Assembly: GCA_964561145.1 (NCBI GenBank)
Contig: CAZLNZ010000005.1
Span: 3,449-67,448 of the forward strand
DNA length: 64,000 nt
Origin: an uncultured Christensenellaceae bacterium
Lineage (GTDB): Bacteria > Bacillota > Clostridia > Christensenellales > CAG-1252
Direction: 5' to 3'
Under the pieces are notes generated by a model, which made no database searches, was not told where the DNA came from, and saw only the letters and a program-made list of their open reading frames with translations. The position numbers were made by a program, and so were the translations under genes. Of this stretch, positions 55,704 to 63,488 are shown in pieces. Every line of letters begins with the position of its first letter. Position 1 is the first letter of the stretch.

Positions 55704-58466
55704 TTGAAAAGGCAACTACCCAAAAATATAATACTGATTATTTTAACAGCTTGTTTCTTACTCCTTGCATTAGGTGTTTCTCTTGTCAGCTATAGTATTG
55801 TTTTAAATAAAAAACCAACCGCACCGACTGTTCCTAATAAACCGCAGGATATTGAAGAAAACCCCGAGTTAACCTATGTTGAAAGAATAGCAAAAAGTTA
55901 CACTTGTACTTTTTATGATGATAGCTATCACATCATTACCTTGGAAAAGGATTGTACCTTTGTTTTGAAAAACAGAGGAGTAGTTTTAGAAAAGGGAAGC
56001 TTTACAGTACAAGCCGATGGCACTATCAATTTGACTCTGTTTGGGGAGAAGTATTTACTAAAGCCCGATCTGCTTAAAAGTCTGATGCTTATGGTGGCGG
56101 TGCCTATCGGTGATTATACAGAGTACTCGAATCAGGTCGGAGAATTTGTGTACAAACTCAGATTGTATAATGAGGGCTATGCAAGACTCTTTTTAGAGGG
56201 GAATACCTTTAATGTGTATGGAAGTTATGGTGTGGATGGTGAAAAATGCACCGTAACCTTTTTAAACGAGAAAACCCTTTTTGCATTGTATAAGGAAAAC
56301 GGATCAAATAGGTTTAAAGATTATAGTCAATATGAAAGAAACTTTTATTTGGGCGACTATGAGTGTTCCTTTATGAATAATGCAACATTGACGTTATATG
56401 AAGGATCCTTTAGAATACATAACGGAAATACCTTATTCGAAGGTGATTCCTATGAGCTTGATGACGATGAGCTGTGTTTATATATCGGTGGTACCAAGTT
56501 GTTTATCGATATCTATAGCGATAACTGCAAGAGGGCTTCGCTCAAGGATATTACTGAGGGCGAGGGTGAGACTTACTTATATTATTCAAAAGATTATAAT
56601 GAGGATTATTACTTTACTTTTTATTCCACAAATGGCACCTATAAGATGACTTCGACCTCTATGGGCTATACCTTATATGGTTATTATAAATTTTTTTCTC
56701 AGAATCGTTATTACGTAATGTGTTTGAAAAATAGTGCCATGGTTGTTATTGAGAATGGTAAGCTTTATCTTGCTAGTGAATATGTTGAAGATACGAGAGA
56801 GAAGTTTTCTTTTGAGAATAATGACGGTGTTTGTAATTACGAATTGTCTGTTTCGAGTGACGGAACTTTTACTCTTGTACGTAAAACACAAAATATTACA
56901 GGGGATGAACATAAGGGTACTTATACAATAAATCCTTACGGCATAGTATTATCCAACAGCTTTTATGGAATTTTCAAGGACAAGATTGTTGTTTTAGATT
57001 ATGAAAATCACCTGTTTGCTTTAGTTAAATACTATCAATATACCGATTATAACGGAAAGAATTATTATCTCAAACAAATAGCGGTAAATAATGATACCGA
57101 CGAGTTTGTATTAAGCTCTTCCTTTGATTCTCAAGAATTTGCAAGAGCTACATTCGATAAAAACAATTTGAAAGAAGGTTTTAGATTTTTAGGAAATAAT
57201 GAAGATGAACTAATATGGGTATCGGGAGATATCTTTGTCTACGTGGAGAGCTTGTTGGGAAAATACTATTATAACGATAGCGGAATAGACTATTTATTGC
57301 TTTTAAAAGATTTGTCCTACGAGTTAAGTATTAACGGATATCAAGAGAAAGGATTCTATAATATAATCGATGGGCAGCTGATTTTGGATAACGAAACCTA
57401 TGTAACCTTGGCTTCAAACCGTTTTTCCTTTACTAAAGATAGAATAACGAAGGTGGAATGCACCCTTCCTAATATGATAGTAAAAGGGGAAGATGTAAAA
57501 CTTTCCGAATATACCATAACATTACATACCCTTTTAGGGAACGTATACCATACTTCATTAGATAAAGTATCGGTTGAGAAACTTCGCACGGATATTGCGG
57601 GCGATTTTGAATGTAGGATTGTATTTAGGGACTATACCTATATGCATAGCTATAAGGTTATAGAAGAATCTCCTTCCTATTTAGCGGTAGTAAATCTACC
57701 TGACACTGTAAATTTCGGGGAGGGTATTAATCTTTCTAATGCCGTCGTAAATGTAATAAGCGATTTTGGCAGAGTGATGTTTTCTTCTGCGATAAGAGAA
57801 GATATGTTTGTCGATTTAGATTTATCTTCAATTGGAAGCAAGAGTTCTATATTATGCTATATGGGCTTGACCTATACATATTATTATACAGTTGTTAGTG
57901 ATGTTTATGATGTTGAAATTGTCGGATTAACAATGTCGAAAAATGTCTTTTCAGTTGGTGAAGAAATAGATCTTACGGGTGCAAGAATAAGGATTAGGAC
58001 AAATCTAAACACCTTCCGCTACGAAAGAGTAACTCTTGACATGCTCGTCGGTTTTTCAACAGCGAATGCCTGCTATGGGGTATTTATAGTTGAATACAAC
58101 GGGATGAGATATGTTGGGTCATCTTATATAGTAAAGTCAATACCTCGAAGCTATGAATTAACGGTAGATGTCGTTTTGTCAACAGTAGCAGGAGTAGAAA
58201 GCGATATTCAATATATGACCAATGCTTACTTTGTGGCACTTTCTGACGGAAAATATAGGTTCGAAAGTAAATCTCAATATGGAATACGGGCTTATTTGTA
58301 TGATGAGAACATGACCTTATTGGCATACGATTATGCCGGAAGCGAGAACAGTGTTGACTTTGTTATAGAGTATTCCCTAAAACAAGGAGAAATGGTAAGA
58401 CTTTACTATCGAGTTGACTCCGATAGTGACGAGGAGATTGAAATAATCGCAACCCGAATTGGTTAG
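55704..58466 (+). CDS. 920-aa membrane-anchored protein: N-terminal TM, Pro-rich linker, repeated beta modules, three Big_3-like Ig domains, PPC-like C-terminal domain
   Basis: The only in-frame start near the 5' end of the ORF is TTG 55704, 8 nt after the upstream TAA. The SD is weak, so translational coupling is likely. The N-terminus is MKRQLPKNIILIILTACFLLLALGVSLVSYSIVLNKKPTAPTVPNKPQD. Ig-like repeats at ~57440-58145 include VEIVGLTMSKNVFSVGEEIDLTGARIRIRTNLNTFRYERVTLDMLVGF...YGVFIVEYNGMRYVGSSYIV. The C-terminal sequence YFVALSDGKYRFESKS...AYLYDENMTLLAYDYAGSENSVDFVIEYSLKQGEMVRLYYRV resembles the pre-peptidase C-terminal (PPC) fold pattern. Confidence 0.8.
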   Translation: MKRQLPKNIILIILTACFLLLALGVSLVSYSIVLNKKPTAPTVPNKPQDIEENPELTYVERIAKSYTCTFYDDSYHIITLEKDCTFVLKNRGVVLEKGSFTVQADGTINLTLFGEKYLLKPDLLKSLMLMVAVPIGDYTEYSNQVGEFVYKLRLYNEGYARLFLEGNTFNVYGSYGVDGEKCTVTFLNEKTLFALYKENGSNRFKDYSQYERNFYLGDYECSFMNNATLTLYEGSFRIHNGNTLFEGDSYELDDDELCLYIGGTKLFIDIYSDNCKRASLKDITEGEGETYLYYSKDYNEDYYFTFYSTNGTYKMTSTSMGYTLYGYYKFFSQNRYYVMCLKNSAMVVIENGKLYLASEYVEDTREKFSFENNDGVCNYELSVSSDGTFTLVRKTQNITGDEHKGTYTINPYGIVLSNSFYGIFKDKIVVLDYENHLFALVKYYQYTDYNGKNYYLKQIAVNNDTDEFVLSSSFDSQEFARATFDKNNLKEGFRFLGNNEDELIWVSGDIFVYVESLLGKYYYNDSGIDYLLLLKDLSYELSINGYQEKGFYNIIDGQLILDNETYVTLASNRFSFTKDRITKVECTLPNMIVKGEDVKLSEYTITLHTLLGNVYHTSLDKVSVEKLRTDIAGDFECRIVFRDYTYMHSYKVIEESPSYLAVVNLPDTVNFGEGINLSNAVVNVISDFGRVMFSSAIREDMFVDLDLSSIGSKSSILCYMGLTYTYYYTVVSDVYDVEIVGLTMSKNVFSVGEEIDLTGARIRIRTNLNTFRYERVTLDMLVGFSTANACYGVFIVEYNGMRYVGSSYIVKSIPRSYELTVDVVLSTVAGVESDIQYMTNAYFVALSDGKYRFESKSQYGIRAYLYDENMTLLAYDYAGSENSVDFVIEYSLKQGEMVRLYYRVDSDSDEEIEIIATRIG

Positions 58467-58502
58467 TGATTGAAGGTGCTTTATTATAAATGGAGGTATG
58501 TT

Positions 58503-59027
58503 ATGGAATTCCAAACAGAAAGACTGGTTTTACGCCCTTGGCAGGAGAGTGATGCTGAAGAGCTCTATAAATATGCAAGTGATCCCGATATCGGACTGTC
58601 TGCCGGATGGAAACCCCATATCGATGTCGAAAACAGTAGGGAAATAATCCTAAATGTATTGTGCAAACCTGAAACCTATGCCATTTGTTTAAAAGAGAGC
58701 GAAAAAGCAATCGGCAGTATAGGTTTCCACCACAATGACTTATTTCCCGACGAATATGAACTTGGTTATTGGATAGGAAAACCCTTTTGGGGTCAGGGGT
58801 TTGTTCCCGAGGCGTCTCGAGAACTTTTACGTTACGCTTTTGAGAATCTTGATATGAATCGTATATGGTGTGCTTATTTCGAAGGGAATGCCAAAAGTCG
58901 CCGTGTTCAAGAAAAACTCGGTTTTGAATATCATCATACCACCGAAGGCGTTCGTATAAAGCAACTAGGCGAATTCCGTACCGCCCACTTTTCGCTACTA
59001 ACCAAGGAGCGTTACTTTTCCCTATAA
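58503..59027 (+). CDS. GNAT family N-acetyltransferase (RimJ/RimL-like)
   Basis: ATG 58503 lies 6 nt after GGAGG (58492-58496). The protein begins MEFQTERLVLRPWQESDAEELYKYASDPDI and continues ...IGSIGFHHND...ELGYWIGKPFWGQGFVPEASRELLRYAFENLDMNRIWCAYFEGNAKSRRVQEKLGFEY, which is the typical GNAT RimJ/L-type pattern. I prefer ATG 58503 to the ORF-finder's TTG at 58470. Confidence 0.85.
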   Translation: MEFQTERLVLRPWQESDAEELYKYASDPDIGLSAGWKPHIDVENSREIILNVLCKPETYAICLKESEKAIGSIGFHHNDLFPDEYELGYWIGKPFWGQGFVPEASRELLRYAFENLDMNRIWCAYFEGNAKSRRVQEKLGFEYHHTTEGVRIKQLGEFRTAHFSLLTKERYFSL

Positions 59028-59105
59028 TACAACTACTAAACTTTTTAAGTATTCTATATTTCTTACAAAAAATCAGTGAGGAAATAAAAAGATTTTTAAA
59101 AGGGA

Positions 59106-59135
59106 TTGACACAGGGTAGTGCTCGGTAATATAAT
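59106..59135 (+). promoter_or_regulatory. Sigma-70/SigA-type promoter of the aro leader
   Basis: A perfect -35 TTGACA (59106-59111) and a perfect -10 TATAAT (59130-59135) are separated by an 18-nt spacer. The promoter sits ~27 nt upstream of the leader-peptide ATG. Confidence 0.7.
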
Positions 59136-59161
59136 TAATCTATAAACGTAAGGAATATAGT

Positions 59162-59233
59162 ATGACAAGCTTAAAACAATTTGGCACTTCTTATACCTTC
59201 TACTTTAGCTACTTCTTTTTTGCAAAGAAGTAA
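59162..59233 (+). CDS. 23-codon Phe/Tyr-rich attenuation leader peptide MTSLKQFGTSYTFYFSYFFFAKK
   Basis: ATG 59162 is preceded by AAGGA (59150-59154), and the stop is TAA 59231-59233. The peptide has 6 Phe and 3 Tyr, and 8 of the 10 residues from position 11 to 20 are Phe or Tyr. It lies directly upstream of a terminator/antiterminator and of aromatic amino-acid biosynthesis genes. Confidence 0.7.
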   Translation: MTSLKQFGTSYTFYFSYFFFAKK

Positions 59234-59237
59234 TTTT

Positions 59238-59287
59238 GAGTGTGGTATAAAATCCGAGTTGCTTTTATGGCTTTAAAGACCACACTC
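59238..59287 (+). promoter_or_regulatory. Antiterminator helix of the aro attenuator
   Basis: GAGTGTGGT (59238-59246) is perfectly complementary to ACCACACTC (59279-59287), giving a 9-bp helix. Its 3' arm overlaps the 5' arm of the terminator, so the two structures are mutually exclusive. The 5' arm starts 5 nt after the leader stop codon, within the footprint of a terminating ribosome. Confidence 0.65.
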
Positions 59288-59307
59288 AACAGAGCGTGGT
59301 CTTTTTT
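59275..59307 (+). terminator. Rho-independent terminator (attenuator) upstream of aroF
   Basis: The hairpin is AAAGACCAC-a-CTC-AACA-GAG-c-GTGGTCTTT: 12 bp with one A/C mismatch and a tetraloop. It runs into a T-tract (59302-59307) and lies 17 nt before the aroF ATG. Confidence 0.8.
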
Positions 59308-59323
59308 AAAAAGGAGATATATT

Positions 59324-60337
59324 ATGATAGTTGCACTGAAAAAGAATGTCGAGGAAATACAGGTTGACAATCTTATTAATTGGATTAAATCTATAGGCTT
59401 AACCGTTCATATAAGCCGTGGTGATAGTAATACCATAGTAGGCTTAATCGGTGATACAGCGAAGGTGGATATCGATCTTTTGCGTTCATTGGATATAGTA
59501 GAGTCGGTAACCCGCATTCAAGAGCCATATAAAAATGCTAACAGAAAATTTCATCCTCAAAATACGGTAGTTGATGTATGTGGTCATACTTTTGGCAACA
59601 GTAATTTTCCTATTATTGCCGGTCCTTGTTCCGTTGAGAGTTACGAACAGGTTTTGGCGATCGCAAAGGCGGTCAAAGCATCGGGTGCAAGTATATTAAG
59701 AGGAGGTGCCTTTAAACCTCGTACTTCTCCCTATTCTTTCCAGGGCTTAGGTTGTGACGGTTTGGAAATTTTAAGAGCTGTTAGAAAGGAAACCGGGATG
59801 CCTATTATAACGGAAATAACGTCGGAAAAGTATATAAAAGAGTTTATGGACGTTGATATAATTCAAGTAGGTGCAAGGAATATGCAAAACTTCGAGCTTC
59901 TAAAGGCTTTGGGACGGACGGAAAAAACCATTCTATTAAAAAGAGGCTTAAGTGCAACAATAGAGGAGTGGCTTATGAGTGCGGAATACCTTATGGCGGG
60001 TGGTGCGAGAAATGTAATCCTCTGCGAAAGAGGAATTAGAACCTTTGAGCCCATGACAAGAAACACTCTGGATTTATCTGCGATACCCCTTGTAAAAGAG
60101 AAAACGCATTTGCCGGTTATCGTTGATCCTAGCCATGCCTCCGGCTTGAATAGGTTGGTAAGACCCATGTCGTTAGCAGCAGTCGGAGCGGGTGCAGATG
60201 GACTGATAATCGAGGTTCATAACGATCCTCCTCATGCACTTTCTGACGGAGCTCAATCCTTGCGTCCCGATCAGTTTGACGAGGTTGTAAAAGCTATAGA
60301 TATAATGCTTCCTATCGTTGGTAAAAAGAGAGGATAA
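59324..60337 (+). CDS. aroF: 3-deoxy-7-phosphoheptulonate (DAHP) synthase, class I-beta, with N-terminal ferredoxin-like/ACT-like regulatory domain
   Basis: ATG 59324 follows AAGGAG. The N-terminal ~70 aa, MIVALKKNVEEIQVDNLINWIKSIGLTVHISRGDSNTIVGLIGDTAKVDIDLLRSLDIVESVTRIQEPYK, closely resemble the regulatory domain of Thermotoga maritima DAHPS as I recall it. The catalytic motifs KPRTSPYSFQG, VGARNMQN and VDPSH are present. I rejected the ORF-finder's GTG at 59240 because it lies inside the attenuator. Confidence 0.9.
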   Translation: MIVALKKNVEEIQVDNLINWIKSIGLTVHISRGDSNTIVGLIGDTAKVDIDLLRSLDIVESVTRIQEPYKNANRKFHPQNTVVDVCGHTFGNSNFPIIAGPCSVESYEQVLAIAKAVKASGASILRGGAFKPRTSPYSFQGLGCDGLEILRAVRKETGMPIITEITSEKYIKEFMDVDIIQVGARNMQNFELLKALGRTEKTILLKRGLSATIEEWLMSAEYLMAGGARNVILCERGIRTFEPMTRNTLDLSAIPLVKEKTHLPVIVDPSHASGLNRLVRPMSLAAVGAGADGLIIEVHNDPPHALSDGAQSLRPDQFDEVVKAIDIMLPIVGKKRG

Positions 60338-60338
60338 T

Positions 60339-61211
60339 ATGAATATCGGTATCATAGGATTGGGACTGATAGGCGGTTCAATAGGCCGTGCCGCCAAAAA
60401 GAAAACCTCACACAAGGTTTTTGGCTTGGATATCGACAAAGAGGTTATGTTAAAGGCCAGACTTTGTATTGCCATCGATGAAGAACTTAACGATGATAAT
60501 CTTGCCGATATTGATTTGCTTATATTATCCCTGTATCCGGATACTGCAATAAAGGTTATGAGAGAGTCTCTTCCGAAACTTAAGAAGGGTGCTATTGTGA
60601 TAGACTGTTGCGGAACAAAAAGAAAAATAGTCAACGCTATGGAGGAATTAAAGAAAGATTATCCTCATATAGAATTTGTCGGAGTGCACCCTATGGCAGG
60701 AAGAGAGTTTTCGGGAATATCTCATGCTATTCCTACGTTGTTTGAAAACGGGTATGTAATAATGACACCGGTTTATTCGGATATTGCTACATTGGCTTCG
60801 GTAAAGGGCTTTTTTATGGAGTTGGGGGCTTGTGGCGTTGAGGTTGCGTCAAAGGAAAAGCATGATACAATGATAGCATATACATCGCAGTTGGCACATG
60901 TATTATCCTCAAGCTATATTAAAAGTGAATTATCCGATAGCTATACGGGCTTTTCTGCAGGAAGCTTCAGAGATATGACAAGGGTTGCAAAGCTTAACCC
61001 TCAAATGTGGACAGAACTCTGTCTTGAGAATGCAGACAATCTTGTTATACGAATTGATGAGCTCATTCAACATCTTTCGGAGTATAGAGATGCATTGAAG
61101 GCTGGAAACGAAGCGGATCTTTATAAGCTTTTCTTGGAGGGTACCGAGATGAAGGCTAAAGCCGACGAGCTGATGAAGGAGAGAAAGAGAAATGATAAAA
61201 ATCAAGGTTGA
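60339..61211 (+). CDS. tyrA: Prephenate dehydrogenase
   Basis: ATG 60339 lies 1 nt after the aroF TAA and is preceded by AGAGAGGA. The protein has the Rossmann motif MNIGIIGLGLIGGSIG, the HPMAGRE motif and ...AYTSQLAHVLS.... Confidence 0.85.
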   Translation: MNIGIIGLGLIGGSIGRAAKKKTSHKVFGLDIDKEVMLKARLCIAIDEELNDDNLADIDLLILSLYPDTAIKVMRESLPKLKKGAIVIDCCGTKRKIVNAMEELKKDYPHIEFVGVHPMAGREFSGISHAIPTLFENGYVIMTPVYSDIATLASVKGFFMELGACGVEVASKEKHDTMIAYTSQLAHVLSSSYIKSELSDSYTGFSAGSFRDMTRVAKLNPQMWTELCLENADNLVIRIDELIQHLSEYRDALKAGNEADLYKLFLEGTEMKAKADELMKERKRNDKNQG

Positions 61212-62235
61212 GACCGAACCTCTTTATAATGTCTATATAAACGGCGGTTTGCTTTCCGATAGCGAATTCATAGCAACAGAATTAAAAAGCTATAAAAAAT
61301 TAATGGTGGTAACAGATTCAAATGTGGCACCGTTATATCTACGGACTCTTCTTTCCGCCTTGAAGACGATTCCTGTTGATATTTATTCGTATGTCGTTGA
61401 AGCCGGTGAGTTATCGAAGTCGATAGATTCTTTTTCCAAGATACTAAGTTATGCAGTTGAGTGCGGCTTGACCAGAGGGGATGCATTTATTGCATTAGGC
61501 GGCGGTGTGGTAGGTGACTTGACGGGCTTTATTGCGGCAAACTATATGAGAGGGGTGGACTTCTATCAAGTTCCCACGACCCTCCTTGCGGCAATAGATT
61601 CTTCTGTAGGCGGAAAGACTGCAATAAATCTTCCGGAGGGTAAAAATCTTGTAGGCGCTTTTCATCAGCCAAGGGGCGTATTTTTTGATATTGACACATT
61701 GAAAACCCTTCCCGAAGAAGAGTGGAAATGCGGCTTGGGAGAAGCAATAAAGTATGCAGCCCTTGCCGGCGGAAGGATTTATGACATAATAAGCGATGGA
61801 GTGAACGATGATAATATTCAAGAACTCATTGCTTTATGTATTGAGTACAAAGCCATGATTGTAAAGTCTGATGAAAAGGATGACGGCATAAGAAAAATTC
61901 TTAATTTGGGTCATACCGTAGGTCACGCAATAGAGAAGCTTTCGGGCTTTACTATAAAACACGGTGTTGCTGTAGCACAGGGATTACAGGCAATTGTCAA
62001 ATATCAAACAAAGGAAGGGAGCTTGTCGAGAAGTGAGGCAAATAAGCTTTCTCACATAATAGACAAATATCACTTTAGCTATGTAAATCCATATCCGCTA
62101 TCTAGTATTGTCGGTTGTATATCAAAGGATAAAAAAAGTTTGGGCGGCGGAGAAATTGAATTGATCAAGCTGAAGGAAATAGGAAAACCTTTTGTTGAAA
62201 ATGTTAAAATCGAAACACTTGGAGCACTTTTATAA
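61192..62235 (+). CDS. aroB: 3-dehydroquinate synthase
   Basis: The motifs GGGVVGDLTGFIAA, VPTTLLAAIDSSVGGKTAINL and LNLGHTVGHAIE are present. The gene overlaps the 3' end of tyrA by 20 nt. Confidence 0.9.
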   Translation: MIKIKVETEPLYNVYINGGLLSDSEFIATELKSYKKLMVVTDSNVAPLYLRTLLSALKTIPVDIYSYVVEAGELSKSIDSFSKILSYAVECGLTRGDAFIALGGGVVGDLTGFIAANYMRGVDFYQVPTTLLAAIDSSVGGKTAINLPEGKNLVGAFHQPRGVFFDIDTLKTLPEEEWKCGLGEAIKYAALAGGRIYDIISDGVNDDNIQELIALCIEYKAMIVKSDEKDDGIRKILNLGHTVGHAIEKLSGFTIKHGVAVAQGLQAIVKYQTKEGSLSRSEANKLSHIIDKYHFSYVNPYPLSSIVGCISKDKKSLGGGEIELIKLKEIGKPFVENVKIETLGALL

Positions 62236-63488
62236 TGATAAAGATATATCCGTCAAAAATATCCGGAGAGGTTAGAATTCCCTCCTCGAAATCCGTTGCT
62301 CACAGAGAACTAATAGCAGGCTTTTTAAGCGGACAACCTTTTTCTATATTCGGTAGCTTTACATCTAGTGACATCGATACTACAATGCATTGTTTAGATA
62401 GCCTTGGCGGTTGCTTTGAGGTTAATGATGATCATACAAGTATTTCGCTCGTAGGATATAAAGACATAAACAAACCTCTCCTTGATGCAAGGGATAGTGG
62501 CTCTACCTTGAGGTTTCTTCTTCCTGTAGTTTCGGCTTTAGGCGTAGAGTGTAGTATGATAGGAACGGAAAGACTTTCTTTAAGACCGATAGGCGAACTT
62601 CTTTCCGTGCTTACCGCTAATGGCGGAAACTATTCCTCGAACAGATTGCCGTTGAAAGTCGGCGGAATTCTTCACGGCGGTGATTACCAAATAGATGCAG
62701 GAATAAGTTCGCAATTTATAACGGGCTTGTTGTTTGCACTTCCTTTATTGAAGGAGAACAGTAGAATTATTTACAAGAATCCATTGGTTTCCTCTAATTA
62801 TGTGGATATAACCTTAGAATGTTTGTTAAGACACGGAATTCAAGTAAAAAAAGAGTCTTACGGTTTCAATATCAAGGGCAATCAAAGCTATATATCGCAG
62901 AAAAGCCTTGAAATAGAAGGCGACTGGAGCTCTGCCTGCTTTATGGCGTGCTTGGGTGCGGTTAGCGGAAAGGTTTTATTGACAGGCTTGAATCACAATT
63001 CCACTCAAGGGGATAGAATCATCGTTGAGTTCTTAAAGCGAATTGGTGCTAAGGTTGAATATACCTCAAAGGGCTTATGTATTCAAAAGGATAGGATTAG
63101 ACCTATAGAGATCGATGCGGAAAACTATCCCGATATTGTCCCTGTATTGGCGGCGACCCTTGCTTTTGCCGATGGGAAATCTATAATTCACGGAGTTGAT
63201 CGTTTAAGAATTAAGGAAAGTGATCGCATCGCTGAAATTATAGAGCTATTAAGTTGTTTTGGCATCAATGCAGAGTACTCGGACGATACTTTAGTGATTT
63301 ACGGTGGATATGTTACAGGAGGAGTATATCACTCTCCGAATGACCATAGAATGGCAATGAGCTTTGCATTGTTGGCTATAGGAGGAAACGGTGAGAGTGT
63401 AATAGACGGAGAAGAGTGTGTGAAAAAGTCGTATGCAAATTTCTTTGAGGAACTAAAAAAGCTTGGAGGTAAGTATGAGTGCCTTTGA
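62235..63488 (+). CDS. aroA: 3-phosphoshikimate 1-carboxyvinyltransferase (EPSP synthase)
   Basis: The motifs IPSSKSVAHRELIAG, DSGSTLRFLLP, LSLRPIGELL, SSQFITGLLFALP, RIKESDRI and DHRMAMSFALLA are present. The start shares a TAATG overlap with the aroB stop. Confidence 0.9.
   Translation: MIKIYPSKISGEVRIPSSKSVAHRELIAGFLSGQPFSIFGSFTSSDIDTTMHCLDSLGGCFEVNDDHTSISLVGYKDINKPLLDARDSGSTLRFLLPVVSALGVECSMIGTERLSLRPIGELLSVLTANGGNYSSNRLPLKVGGILHGGDYQIDAGISSQFITGLLFALPLLKENSRIIYKNPLVSSNYVDITLECLLRHGIQVKKESYGFNIKGNQSYISQKSLEIEGDWSSACFMACLGAVSGKVLLTGLNHNSTQGDRIIVEFLKRIGAKVEYTSKGLCIQKDRIRPIEIDAENYPDIVPVLAATLAFADGKSIIHGVDRLRIKESDRIAEIIELLSCFGINAEYSDDTLVIYGGYVTGGVYHSPNDHRMAMSFALLAIGGNGESVIDGEECVKKSYANFFEELKKLGGKYECL

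Noticed and set aside
58470-58502. TTG 58470 as the GNAT start, and TTG 60318 as the tyrA start
   Set aside because: Internal ATGs (58503 and 60339) have well-spaced GGAGG/AGAGGA sites and give canonical N-termini: MEFQTERLVLRPW for the GNAT and the MNIGIIGLGLIGG Rossmann start for tyrA.
59067-59097. Possible terminator after the GNAT gene (AAAAATC ... GATTTTT inverted repeat)
   Set aside because: It has only 7 bp, of which 6 are A-T, and a 16-nt loop. That is too weak to call. Readthrough from the upstream cluster into the aro leader cannot be excluded.
58501-59112. 203-aa minus-strand ORF antisense to the GNAT gene, and 153-aa minus-strand ORF 60173-60634 antisense to aroF/tyrA
   Set aside because: The plus-strand genes have clear family motifs and RBSs. 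The antisense translations have no recognisable motifs.
59240-59323. GTG 59240 as the start of aroF (ORF-track call)
   Set aside because: That extension runs through the antiterminator and terminator hairpins and has no SD. ATG 59324 follows AAGGAG and gives an N-terminus, MIVALKK..., that matches class I-beta DAHPS regulatory domains.
59136-59323. T-box riboswitch or other riboswitch in the aro leader
   Set aside because: The leader is only ~190 nt. I find no T-box core sequence (AGGGUGGNACCGCG-like) and no specifier-loop architecture. The small F/Y-rich ORF plus the alternative hairpins explain the region better.
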